Source: Eledone cirrhosa (lineage: Eukaryota). Taken from it: DNA of 64,000 nucleotides. The translations under genes and the position numbers were made by a program. Below, one piece after another: positions 26,931 through 39,697 of the stretch; positions within the stretch are counted from its first letter, which is position 1; each line of letters starts with the position of its first letter. Under the pieces are notes generated by a model, which saw only the letters and a program-made list of their open reading frames with translations, was not told the DNA's origin and made no database searches. The stretch covers positions 35,774,001 to 35,838,000 of the forward strand of contig OZ024741.1 of assembly GCA_964016885.1 (NCBI GenBank), given 5' to 3'.

Positions 26931-29827
26931 TAGAACCAAAGATGGTTTTAGGTGGTTTGTTATTAAAACTGTTAAAAACAGAAAGGTTACATTGATCAAA
27001 GTAATCTTTCACATACAGAAAATAATGGGATGGTCATGTCTAAAACAGTTTCTATCAGAGGCCTGCTTAATCAGAGCTGACTTAGGGCTAAAACAAACAA
27101 ACTACAATATCTAAACACAGATACTACACAGCTATATTTCACACCATGAAATTATATCTTCTTTCTATTATGACATTAGCAGCTGTTTCTTAATCCTTTT
27201 CATATTAAATTGCCTGATCTGCCCATGATTTTAGGATACAAAACTGTTTGGTTTAAAGTGTTTATCATTTTTAAATCTTCCATTGTAATTTTATGCAAGA
27301 ATCTTTATTATATTCCAAGCTCCAATTTAATAAAAGAGAAGTTAGTTATTTTACTAAATCCTTCCAAAGTGTTGATTGTTGTCAAAATTATTTGAAACAC
27401 ACAGGCAGCATATCTCATTGGAAATATGGTAAAGAAAGAATTAATGTCAGAGCAGATGTGTGTATTTCTCTTCACAATTCTTACTGCTCACCCTAAAGCA
27501 AATTCAACAGGAATTCTATGAAATTGCTTTCTATTCAAATAACTGAATGTCTTTGATTGGTTATTAATATCACCCACGCCATTTAAAGGAGACAGTTACT
27601 CAAAGAAAGTAATAAACTGACATTTCTTTCCTCTTTTAATGATCTCTTTTGCAAGTGACAGAAAATGCTATATCTATACATTATATGTTCTCTCTTCCTA
27701 TACTGTTGAATGTTGCTTACATTCATCAATTATGTCTTTACTTATTTCTACAGATGGTGAATTTTCATTTTCAATGTTGGACCTCCGTCAATTCTGATGA
27801 CAAAAGTTCCAGCTGTTCAAACAATGGAACAGCCAGTTCATGAAATGAACGTGCAAATGATGGAGCATTCGATGAACTCATGCATCCTTTATGTAATTCT
27901 AAGGGAGATTTAGCATGACACAGTAGGTGACAAAGTTGGCTCTTTGATTTATAGGTACAACACACTTTTGACAGTTAAGAGGACTGGAGCAACATGAAAT
28001 AAAGTATATTGCTCAATGACAGAATATGTCCATAATTGAACTTACAAATTTACAATTGTGAGCTGAACAACCTAAACTCTAAACCTTGTGATTAGTGGTT
28101 TCTGTTGGTTGACTATTTGACTTCTTGTTTTGAAAGGGGGAGAATGGGGTGATTTATTCGGTTTCCTTTGTTTTGTTTGTCTCATTAGTAGCTTCTCATA
28201 CAAAAAAAAAAAATAGAAATAATGAAGTGCCAGCATATTTGTTCTTTTTATTTTTTCATGAAATTTAAAAACATTTTGATGCTTTCATAATTGTGGTGAA
28301 GCTGTAGTTTAATGTAATACATATTTAAAGTTGTTGAAAACACTAAAGTTTGAAAAAAAAGAAGAGAGTGATCAATTCCTCTCAAAACAACAAAATATCA
28401 ATGTCACTAATCTCTTCTCTCATCACCCATATTGAGTTCAATGCCCCATACCAACCTCTACATTCAATCCATCCACCCCATAATGCTAGCCCTCTTACTG
28501 CATGTTTTTTTCCTGTAGCTCTCAACTTGTAACTGTTCAAGACAAATGTTAACCACATTGTTCACATCAATTTCAAAAGGTCTTTGTATCACTTGAACAA
28601 AATAACTTGCTCCATACCAAACCAATAAAAAATAGACTAAAAATATAAGCTTTTCCAGTCAAAGTGGGCTGCAGGAGATTCCCAGTTCGCTCAGTATGGA
28701 GAATGCTCATTGCCATTGGAATGACAGGAAGAGAGAAGAAGGCTGCAGTTCACAGGATGGGAGAGGCAGTAGAAAGAGTCTTTTGTTGGCTTTGGAGCAT
28801 GAGAGAGAGGATAAGCTGGAATTCAGGAGGTGAAGATGGACAGTAATTTGGCCACCACTGCTGACCCACCAGTTGAAGGTTGAAACACCCAATGAATGTT
28901 GGACACTATCCAATGACATCAACACCTCATGGTCAAGGCTATGTTTACCAAAAGTGAATGAATGTGAGGCATCTTCTTGAAGATGTAATTATGCTTAACT
29001 CTAATAATTTTGTTACCATATTTCTAATGAAAGACACTGCCTATGATTTTGAAATAATTTTGAAATAATTAATAATTTGGAGGCAGTTGGTAATATAAAT
29101 AACTTTGTATTGTATCAGAGGTGTATTCAAGTTGTTTGCTATTAAAATAGTTAAATTATTTCTTCTGAAATGTTTTTACATGTTTATTTAAAAGCCACAA
29201 GGCTAGATGAATGTATGTGCAGCTATGTTGCACATAACAATTAAATCTCATTTTCAGCTAATTATTCTAAAAGTATAATTTACATGCTATTTGTATAATT
29301 ATTCTGAAAGTAAAATTCATATGCTACTTGTATAATTAAGCAAGATGCTATGTCAATATGTCTGAGTGTGTGTCGGCATGGACTTTGGAAAATATAATAA
29401 TCGTTGTGCTTAGGCATTAAATTAAATATTGTGTGCAAGTTTATATTGTTCTACCATCACAAAATAAATATTGCATTTTAATTATAAGTGGTTCACTTAC
29501 ACAGTGATTCCTAAAATTAAAAAAATAATGTTTCATTTGAAAATTGGTATGGACAGAAATCTCATTGAAGGTGCTGTGCTGGGTCGTTTCAAGCACGCTT
29601 CTACTTATTACTGGTTCACATATCATCTTTGTTTAATTAAGTTATGTGTGTGGGTGGCATTTTATAGAGAATAAAAGTGGTTTATTAAATTAAATATGGC
29701 GCAAAATGAAATATGTTGGTGAGAGTTTTTTTTCATTTATATGTTAAAAATGTAGTTTAATTTTTCTTACATTTTTATACATTAACAGATACATTACAAA
29801 ACACATGCACATACACAAAGTTACGCA

Positions 29828-29862
29828 AGCAGAAATACTGCCTGGAAGGCAGTATTTCTGCT
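29828..29862. other. Perfect 16-bp hairpin with GGA loop
   Basis: AGCAGAAATACTGCCT-GGA-AGGCAGTATTTCTGCT. Confidence 0.85.
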
Positions 29863-31060
29863 CATACACTATAAATAGCTATATTCATTAAATATACAGA
29901 AATCAATTTCGATTTATTCATATTTAATATTTATATTTCAGCTAAATTACATTTGTGCATGCTATTCCTTCTAGCATCCAATATCCTGTTTCTATGCAAT
30001 ACACCATGAGTTTTACATCTGTTTTCCATGCTGACATGGGTTAGATGAGATGTTTTGAGGCAGATTTCTACAGCTAAGTGGCCTTCTTCATGCCAACCCT
30101 CACTTTTGGGGAGTGTGTGTGGGGGGGGGGGGGTTACATAAAGTACTTATAACATGTCAAGATGTTCAAATCCCACCAAGGTTAGTTTTGCCTTTCATCC
30201 TTACAGGATTGATAAAATAAAGTACTAGTAACGCACTGGGATTAATTTAATTGACTTTCCTCTCTCCCAAAATGGTTGGCCTTGTGCCTAAATCAGAAAC
30301 CAATATATTCTTCATATAGATTCTGATAAATTTGCCCCTATCTTCATCATCATCATTTTACATTCCTTTTCTCATGTTGACATGGGTTGGACAGGTTGCA
30401 ACAAACAAGTTAATACTCAATTGAAGCTTCTCTCCTCCTAAACAGGTCAGAGGCCATGCCTAGTTTTGATACATTCCCAATCGAAACCCTTTCAAACACC
30501 AACCTCTTTACAGAGTGTTCTTGGTGCATTTTATCATAGCACCAGCACTAGAGAGGTTATATACTTAACATGACTAACCATTTAATATGGTTTCTACAGC
30601 TGAATGCCATTCCAAATGACAATCACTTTACAGAGTGTCCTGGATGTATTTTATAGTGATAACAGCACTGGAGAGGTCTTTGATGTAAGTAAAGAATCCA
30701 TTTTACACTGCCAGTTCCATGATAAAATGCACCCAATTCATTCCATAAAGTGGTAGTGCTGGTGCCACGAAAAAAAGTGCACCCAGTACACTCTGTAAGT
30801 TGGCATGGTAGAAACGATGCTAAATATGGAATGTATAGGCAAGATGAGGTCACTCCAACCCATATTGACAGTTGACAACCTGTCCAACATATGCCAACAT
30901 GGAAATCGGATGTAAAAACGATGATGATGTATGTTTGATATCTAATATGTTAAACATCTGATTTTCATTTGGTCAACTATTTTTTTCAACATTCTTCAGG
31001 CTTATTTATGAATCAGAGAAACTTAGATGCTAGCAAAAGATGAAGCCACCACTGCTACTT

Positions 31061-32110
31061 TCATCATCATCATCACCGTTTTACGTCCGTTCTTCCACGC
31101 TAGCATGGGTTAGACGGGTTGTCCTGTTGTGGGCAGTGTCTGGTCGGCTGACCATGCCTTGCTCATACAGGAACTGATCTGGCTTGATTTCTACAGCTGG
31201 ATGCCCTTCCTAACACCAACCTCATTTACAGTGAGTGCTGGGTGCTTTTTCGTGGCGCCTACACGTCCACTTTACAGTGTGGGCTGGGTGCTTTTTTGCC
31301 GTGGCACCTCCACGACCACCTTGCGGTGGTGGTGGGGGGGGGGGGCATATTGTTTATATGCTTCAGCATGTACCCATGGGAGGTCGGGTACCCTGTATTA
31401 CTGCGTGACGCCAGAAGTCACGGTCGTGTGTCATTGACTTTGAGAGGTGTAGTTGGGTAAGGTCGGCTTTTATCACCTCATCCCAAGTCATCTTGGGTCT
31501 CCCCACTCCGCGGTTTCCATCAACTTCTAGTGCTCTGCACCTTTTTATGCAGCTGTCATCCTTCATACGCATCACATGTCCATACCAGCGTAACCGCCTC
31601 TCCTGCACGCAGCATTTGATTCCTCTTATGCTCAGTCTCTCTCTCAATTCATTTATGCTTTGTCGTTCACGTATATTACTGTTACACATCCATCGGAGCA
31701 TGCAGGCTTCGTTTCTCTCTAATCTACGTAAGTCTTCCACCTTCAGCGCCCAGGTCTCACTACCATGCAACATCGCTGTTCGGATACACGCATCATACAG
31801 TCTGCCTTTCATTCTGAGGGAGAAGCCTTTTGCAGCTAGCAGTGGTAGTAGTTCCCTAAACTTCTTCCATCCCGTTCTTACCCTAGTTATTGTACTTTCT
31901 GAGCACCCACCTCCGTTGCTAATTCGGTCACCTAGGTAGCAGAAGCTGTCTACTGTTTCTACAGGGCCCTCCCAGAGATTGGTGGTACTTGTTTCCTGTG
32001 GCTGTTTGCTTGCTGTTTCAGCACAGCTGCTGCATGTGAATCCTACATTCTTAATTAAGCTTCCTGAGATCCCGCTACATCTCTTGTGTACCCATTGTTT
32101 GTGTACCCAC
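31061..32110 (-). mobile_element. 5'-truncated young RTE LINE copy (~1.05 kb)
   Basis: ORF 31363-32118 is nearly identical to the C-terminus of the 41216-44257 element. Ends in the 3'UTR and (GAT)n tail. Confidence 0.95.
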
Positions 32111-33295
32111 TTTAACACTCATTATCAACTGCTGTGAAAATACATTTACAATGTACAATTTAAATGTAAAAATAAATGTTTTACTGTGATGATTTCAACT
32201 TTGCTTACTTCAAACAACAAAATTCCCATAAAAGGAATAACCAAAGATAATATTCATTGATTTCTTCATATATTCTTGAGCCTTATCTCATCTGTTACCA
32301 TATTTTAATGAAATACATATTCTATGCATTTCAATTTATTTTGAAAATAAGGAAGAATTCGGAGTGATTTAGTAATACAGCTTAAATTTTCATTACTTGG
32401 CTGATATTTAGAGCATAACTTATCAAAAGATTCTTAGCTAAAATTATGATGGCAGGTTTGAAATGAATATGAATACCTTAAAACAAACAGTTTTGTAGAA
32501 TAGAACCATGGGCGGTTTCATAAATGTGTGCCAGGAAAGGACAGAACCGTTCCATTACCATATTTTGAATAATCTTTTCATTACCATTATCAACTATAAT
32601 AATAGTGAATGTGTGTATATACATTTATTTATCACTCACTGAAAGGAAGATGACTGAGAAAGGAAGCAGGCGGTGGCAAACTATAGAAAACAGCGACCAG
32701 CGTTCTAAAATGTGTTACACTTGTGTGAGTATATGTGTATCAAATTGGCTTTTATTGTGTGAATGTTTGTGTCAGTACACTTTTTTTAATACAAAATACT
32801 ACAATTAGTCATCATTTTTGACAGCATGGGGCCAGCTAGTATTTCTAATCAAAGACACCACCATATGATCTTCAAATAATTTTTTAAATTAAGAATTTGA
32901 AGGAATTTAGTAATATAACTTTCTCATTATTTAGCTGTTGTTAGGAACATAAAGGTTTTTATGCAAAACTATAATGGAACAAGTAGTTTTTTATTAGAAG
33001 TAGTTTCAGGTAGTTTGCTATCAAAAGACATTTAGCACCTACAACCAGATGCCAAGAAATGTTTGAAATGTGTTCAATAATACAAAAATATTTGGTTCCC
33101 AATACTTGATTCAGTGGATAAATATTTTCCCAGATTTTAGATTCCTAAAAAAAAAACAATTCTGGAAAGTGTATGAAGAGGGAAGCCACAAAAGCAAGTA
33201 AAGTTGTGTTAGCAACATTTCCATTAAAGTGTTCTTTGCAACAATAACACATGTTTATAGAATGAAAACTATTTCTGTCAATCAAGTCAGAATAC

Positions 33296-33382
33296 TATTG
33301 ATAGAAGATCTTGTTGAAAGAAATATGGTTGCTGTTGACATTAATGACATCGATGTTGATGCTGCTGGAGTCTTAAGATCAG
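33296..33382 (-). CDS. Weak candidate 87-nt Ser/Thr-rich phase 1-1 exon
   Basis: Acceptor ttattgattttcctctggtctccag|CT and open frame DLKTPAASTSMSLMSTATIFLSTRSSIN. Weak donor A|gtattc. Confidence 0.15.
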
Positions 33383-33529
33383 CTGGAGACCAGAGGAAAA
33401 TCAATAATGTTCTGATAGCTACTACATTAGCAAGTTGTACTTTAGTCTGTGCTTCGCTTAAACATGAGTACTACATATATACACACATACATGCTCTTCC
33501 AAACGTACTGACAGGTGCATACAGAGTCT

Positions 33530-33596
<67 letters not shown>

Positions 33597-33659
33597 TTAA
33601 TGATTTGTAATTAGGTCCACTTCTGTTTATCATTATTCTTCATGCCATGATGGAAGATT

Positions 33660-34310
33660 TTGAGACTGGCACTCCATGGGAGCTAATGATCAGGTCCTTT
33701 CAATGGAATCTACAGAGGAGTTGGAGGCAAAATTTCAAAGATGGAGAAGGAATCTGGAATTGAGTGGGCCTGAAAGTAAGCTTGGTAAAAACTAAGGTCT
33801 TGTTAGGTGGGAAGGATGACAGGAATCTGATACTTTCAAAGAAGAGGCTTTGTTTCATATATCAAAGAGGGATGGGCAGAAGTTCTATAAGGTGCAAACA
33901 GCATAATCTATGCATGCACAGGAGATTTAGTTGGTTTACAGGTAGGTTGACAGAGAAGATGGATTTTGTATGTGGTGGCTGCATGGTAGGAGCATGCACT
34001 AGGAGCATGCAAGCCATAGATTCCTTTAATTGGCCGGTTTCTCCCCTAGAGGTTGTTGATAGATTTTGCTGCCTGGGTGACCTAGTCAGCAATGGAGGGG
34101 CCTGAAAATGGTAGGCAAAGTGAAAACGAGTGGTAGGTTTAGGGAATTAGTACCTCTGCTGACTGTAGGGGGAGGCTTCCTTCTTGGAGTGAGGGGTTGG
34201 CTGTGTGATTACATGTGAGTGACAATGCTGCATGGTAGTGAGACATTAGTCTTGACTACAGAGGACCCTAAGAGGGCCAGAAGGAGGTGTGACAAGTATG
34301 CTTTTCAGTT
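33660..34310 (+). mobile_element. Old diverged RTE fragment (RT end + degenerate PHD-like finger)
   Basis: GLKVSLVKTKVL...C.IY..GMGRSSIRCKQHNLCMHRR.S...FVCGGC...LEVVDRFCCLGDLVSNGG parallels the intact RTE. Confidence 0.8.
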
Positions 34311-35189
34311 GAGTCAATGGTTGACAGCTTCCCTAGGGCTGGTGCCACAATAGGGCATACCCAGTACACTCTGTGAGGTGTACGGTGTTAGACAGATCTT
34401 CCAGCTGTATAAACCAAGCATAAAAGGGTTGAAAGGACTCGTCAGTTGTATCAAAGACATGGTGACCTCTCTTGTGTTATGCCATGATAAAATGCACTGC
34501 ACTCTGTAAAGCACAGGAATGTACGTAAACAAGATGCAACCCCTAGCACATCCAAGAGACCAGTGGCTCCAATTAAGTACTAACTTTATCTGTAACCTGT
34601 CCAACTCTTGCTGGCAAGGAAAAACAAATGTTTGATGGTGAAGATTATGATATATATATATATGAATTAATACAAAAATACTCTCTATTACAAAAATATT
34701 TGTATTCCTCATACACACATACTCCCCTTGTTATTTTGATGGCTTGCTTCCAAGTATGTAAGTACATACATACACACATACACCAATAAAATTGTATACT
34801 TACATACATAAATACAGATACACACATATATATATATATATATATATGCACAAACACAAATACAATACTCCCCCACAGTAAATAATATATAAACATAAAA
34901 GATTACAAGAAGACCTTAATGGAAGCCAGAAAAAAGAAATATTAAAAAGTAAAAATAAAACAAACAAACAGACATTATGAAATGATAAGATTTTGCTGCC
35001 ATTAAGGTGTTTAACCAATATTATTCCAATAATGGAAATAATATATTCAGCAACACTTAAAAAAATATTTGATTTTCCTCATATTTCCTATAGAAATAAC
35101 ATTAGCAATCTCACATTTAAATACCACAATGATGTATAAATATATATATATTTTTAATATTCAAACATTAAAAATAGAAAAAAACATTG

Positions 35190-35259
<70 letters not shown>

Positions 35260-35700
35260 TATATATAAACACAGTCACACAGCCATAGCTTTGTGGTTGC
35301 CATAGGTACACGTATGGTAGTGTGGTTAAGGAGTTTGCTTCATAACATGTTTCAGGTTCAGTCCCACTGTATGACATGTTTGGCAAGTCTTTGCAACTAT
35401 AGCCTCAGCTTGGTTTTGAGAATGAAATTTGGTACGCAGAAACTGAGAAATCCAAACACACCCACACACACTCACACTATCAGTGCACATGGAGAAATTT
35501 CTCTTGTACATCAACTGCCATCCTATAACATATGCTTAAAAGTAATAACAACTTAAGTAGAGGGTACACATATAGTTATCATTATTGGTATGGCAAGAAG
35601 ACATCTCGCATAAAGAGTAAAGATGGAGAGTGAGTATCACGTTAGAATAGAAATTTACTAACTTAATAACTAGTAATAATATATATATATATATATATAC

Positions 35701-36316
35701 ATACATGGTGGCTGCCAACTCGTTTTCGAGTACGGCCACTACATTATAGCCATGTAGGAGAACCCCTACCGATGCGCTGAACGAGTGTGACTTTTTAGTC
35801 CAGCAAGCGACTTGAAAACTCTGGTACAAACACTACACTTGTGACAATTATTGACACATAGTGCTGGGCCCATGGTACCATGTAACGGCAAGTGCAGAGA
35901 GATCTCCAGATATAAAGCAATGCCTGTGCCGTGAAGCTTTTATAGTGAGCAAAGGCACTGCACAGAGCCAGTCCCACTCTCTTAACCAAGATGATATTTA
36001 CCAAAAAGAAGAACAAGTCAACATCATTGGATACCATCAGGGTTGCAGGTGTTATATCAGAGTTTTCCTTCTTCTAGAATTCTGCCTTGACAAAGGCTAA
36101 GGGGTCATCTCTCACGGTGATTTTGGATGGCCATTGACTCTTAAGAGTTCCTTTGCCCTTTGACAGGTTTTGTTTTTAGTCCTGCAGGATGTCCAAAGTC
36201 ACCCTCCTCACCAAGAAACCTTGGAGGGGTTGTCAGTTTAGTCGCCAACGACCCGACCATGGGACAGGTTGTACTGGGATACATGTTACCAGTAGCACCA
36301 ATTGGTGACCTGACAG
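35701..36316 (-). mobile_element. Short internally deleted RTE derivative ('element X', 5'UTR + 3' zinc-finger end), copy A
   Basis: The minus strand has an RTE-like 5'UTR motif tctagaagaaggaaaactctga. Near its 3' end it encodes CSVCTRVFKSLAGLKSHTRSAHR* (C2H2 finger seen at RTE C-termini), then gtactcgaaaacgagttggcagcc + (TATG)n. Confidence 0.7.
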
Positions 36317-36352
36317 TATATATATATATATATACACACATATATACATACA

Positions 36353-37410
36353 CATCATCATCATCACCGTTTTACGTCCGTTCTTCCACGCTAGCATGAG
36401 TTAGACGGGTTGTCCTGTTGTGGGCAGTGTCTGGTCAGCTGACCATGCCTTGCTCATACAGGAACTGATTTGGCTTGATTTCTACAGCTGGATGCCCTTC
36501 TTAACACCAACCTCATTTACAGCGAGTGCTGGGTGCTTTTTCGTGGCGCCTACACGTGCACTTTACAGTGTGAGCTGGGTGCTTTTTTGCCGTGGCACCT
36601 CCACGACCACCTTGCAGTGGGAGTGTGTGGGGGCATATTGTCTATATGCTTCAGCTTGTACCCATGGGAGGTCGGGTACTCTGTATTACTGCGTGACGCC
36701 AGAGGTCACGGTCGTGTGTCATCGCCTTTGAGAGGTGTAATTGGATAAGGTCGGCTTTTATCACCTCATCCCAGGTCATCTTGGGTCTCCCCACTCCGCG
36801 GTTCCCATCGACTTCTAGTGCTCTGCACCTTTTTATGCAGCTGTCATCCTTCATACGCATCACATGTCCATACCAACGCATTCGCCTCTCCTGCACACAG
36901 AATTTGATTCCTCTTATGCACAGTCTCTCTCTCAATTCATTTATGCTTTGTCGTTCGCGTATATTACTATTACAAATCTATCGGAGCATGCAGGCTTCGT
37001 TTCTCTCTAATCTACGTAAGTCTTCCACCTTCAGCGCCCAGGTCTCACTACCATGTAACATTGCTGTTCGGATACACGCATCATACAGTCTGCCTTTCAT
37101 TTTGAGGGAGAAGCCTTTTGCAGCTAGCAGTGGTAGTAGTTCCCTGAACTTCTTCCATCCCGTTCTTACCCTAGTTATTGTACTTTCTGTACACCCACTT
37201 CCGCTGCTAATTCGGTCACCTAGGTAGCAGAACCTGTCTACTGTCTCTACAGAGCCCTCCCAGAGATTGGTGGTACTTGTTTCCTGTGGGTGTTTGCTGC
37301 TTGCTGTCCCAGTACAGCTGCTGCTTGTGAAGCCTACATTCTTAATTAAGCTTCCTGAAATCCCTCTACATCTCTTGTGTACCCATTGTTTGCATTGGGG
37401 CAGACAATGG
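36353..37410 (-). mobile_element. 5'-truncated RTE LINE copy
   Basis: Slightly diverged copy of 43500-44559. Confidence 0.93.
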
Positions 37411-37445
37411 TATATATATAATGGCAGAGAATGGTATATATATAT

Positions 37446-37973
37446 ATGGTGGCTGCCAACTCGTTTTCGTGTACGGCCACTACTTTATACCCATGTAGGA
37501 GAACCCCTACCGATGCGCTGAACGAGTGTGACTTTTTAGTCCAGCCAGCGACTTGAAAACTCTGGTACAAACACTACACTTGTGACAATTACTGACACAT
37601 AGTGCTGGGCCCATTGTACCCTGTGATGACAAGTGCAGAGAGATCTCCAGATATAAAGCAATGCCTGTGCCGTGAAGCTTTTATAGTGAGCAAAGGCACT
37701 GCACAAAGCCAGTCCCACTCTCTTAACCAAGATGATATTTACCAAAAAGAAGAGCAAGTCAACATCATTGGATACCATCAGGGTTGCAGGTGTTATATCA
37801 GAGTTTTCCTTCTCCTAGAATACTGCCTTGACAAAGGCTAAGGGGTCATCTCTCCTGGTGATTTTGGATGGCCATTGACTCTTAAGAGTTCCTTTGCCCT
37901 TTGACAGGTTTTGTTTTTAGTCCTGCAGGATGTCCAAAGTCACCCTCCTCACCAAGAAACCTTGGTGGGGTTG
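37446..37973 (-). mobile_element. Element X copy B (5'-truncated)
   Basis: Near-identical to 35705-36233. Confidence 0.85.
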
Positions 37974-38171
37974 CACATACATACCTACATATATACATAC
38001 ATACCTACATATATACATACATACCTACATATATACATATATACCTACATACACACATATATACCTACATACACACATACATACCTACATATATACATAC
38101 ATACACACATACATACCTACATAAATACATACATACATACATACACACATACATACCTACCACATACCAAT

Positions 38172-39161
38172 ATGCAACACAATGAGGTTATCTGGAGTAT
38201 TATCAACAATACGTTCTGCTCTTTCAAGACAAAGACCCAAACCCAAACACTTTGTAGAAATGAATTTAACCTAACAGGATTGTGTGGCAGGTATTCCTGT
38301 CCCTTAGCCAACAGCCAATATGCTACAGTCAGAGAAGAGAAAGGTGTGTGTTACCTCTACATGAAAGAAGTAGAACGTGCAGCATTTCCACTGAGGATGT
38401 GGGAGAAGATTCAGTTGAATAACAACTTTGAAAAAGCAATGGCACAGATTAACACAAAGATGCTCTACTGGCCTTCGTATTATCGTCAGAAGTGTCGCCT
38501 GAGATTGATTAGAATCAGGCAGTATTTGGCCAGAATGAGAAAACTTGTTTTGCGTAACAGGAGGAAGTTGGTTCCTTTACAGAGAAATATAGAACGTCGC
38601 GAGAAAAGACAAGAGGAGAAAGCATTGGTTGCTGCTCAACTTGACAACGCCATAGAGAAGCAGTTATTAGAAAGACTCAAATCTGGGGCTTATAACGAGG
38701 TGTACAACTTCCCAATGAAAGCATTCAGCAAAGTTCTGGACGGAGAAGAGGTAGAGGAAGAGGAGTAGGAAGAAGAAGAAGAGATTGACAGTGAAGAGGA
38801 AGGACAGCGTGGGCGGATTGCAAAGGAGGTAGAAGAGGAGATGGAGAAGGAGAAAGGTGATGCGAGTACCTCTGGTTATGTGGAGTATGTTCCTTACAAT
38901 GAATTTGAGGATCTTCGGTTGAGTGATTACAACTCTAGCAGTGATGAAGGAGATGTCGTCAATGACAACAAGGTACCAGGGTTGACGTTAGCAACGACGG
39001 GCGGGAAAGATAAGAAACGGAAGCAAGCACCATCATCGTTATCAGCAGAACATCACAAAGGAAAAACAAAGAAACTGTCAAAAAGACGTCCAAAAGTGAC
39101 AATAGAGTACGAGACCGAGCTGGAGCAACCTTCCACCTCCAAAGAGAAGTTGAAATATTGA
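38172..39161 (+). pseudogene. MAK16: Intronless MAK16 (60S ribosome biogenesis factor) copy with one in-frame TAG at 38766-38768
   Basis: [19 protein letters not shown]...[42 protein letters not shown]...[27 protein letters not shown]...YNFP are diagnostic MAK16 motifs. After the TAG, which lies in a Glu run (GAG>TAG), the frame continues through an acidic region to KRRPKVTIEYETE, the MAK16 C-terminal motif, and stops at 39161. About 329 codons with read-through. Confidence 0.9.
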
Positions 39162-39239
39162 AATGTTATTGGGGGTGATGGGGGTGGGTTGAGGTGGTGT
39201 GGGTGAACTGGAATTTAAACAGTTTGCACCTTTTTGTTT

Positions 39240-39697
39240 GTGTATGTATATATGTGTGTAGGTAGGTATGTATATATGTAGGTGTGTATGTAGGTATGGA
39301 TGTATATATGTAGTTATGTGCATGTATAGATGTATATATGTAGTTATGTGTAGGTATGTATGTATATATGTAGGTATGTATGTGTGTATGTAGGTATATA
39401 TATATATACACACATATATACATACATATATATATATACACACACATATACATACATATATATTTATATATACACATATACATATATATATATATATATA
39501 TACACACACATATACATACATATATATATATATACACACACGTATACATATATATACACACACATATATATATACACACACACACACATATACATACATA
39601 TATATATACACACATATATATACACACATATATATATACATACATATATATATATATATACATACACACACATATATACATAAATATATATATATAT
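39240..39697. repeat. (TATG/TAGG)n and (TA/CA)n compound microsatellite
   Basis: Directly visible. Confidence 0.9.

Noticed and set aside
27794-27830. CTGATGA box (also at 56166)
   Set aside because: No stem II plus GAAA follows, so it is not a hammerhead.
31493-31939. Repeated 148-aa ORF MGLPTPRFPSTSS... (also at 36781, 39884, 43681)
   Set aside because: Antisense frame of the RTE C-terminus. It recurs only because the copies are near-identical.
37911-38171. N-terminal extension of the 285-aa ORF containing MAK16
   Set aside because: Derived from element X and microsatellite with a non-ATG start. MAK16 homology starts at ATG 38172.
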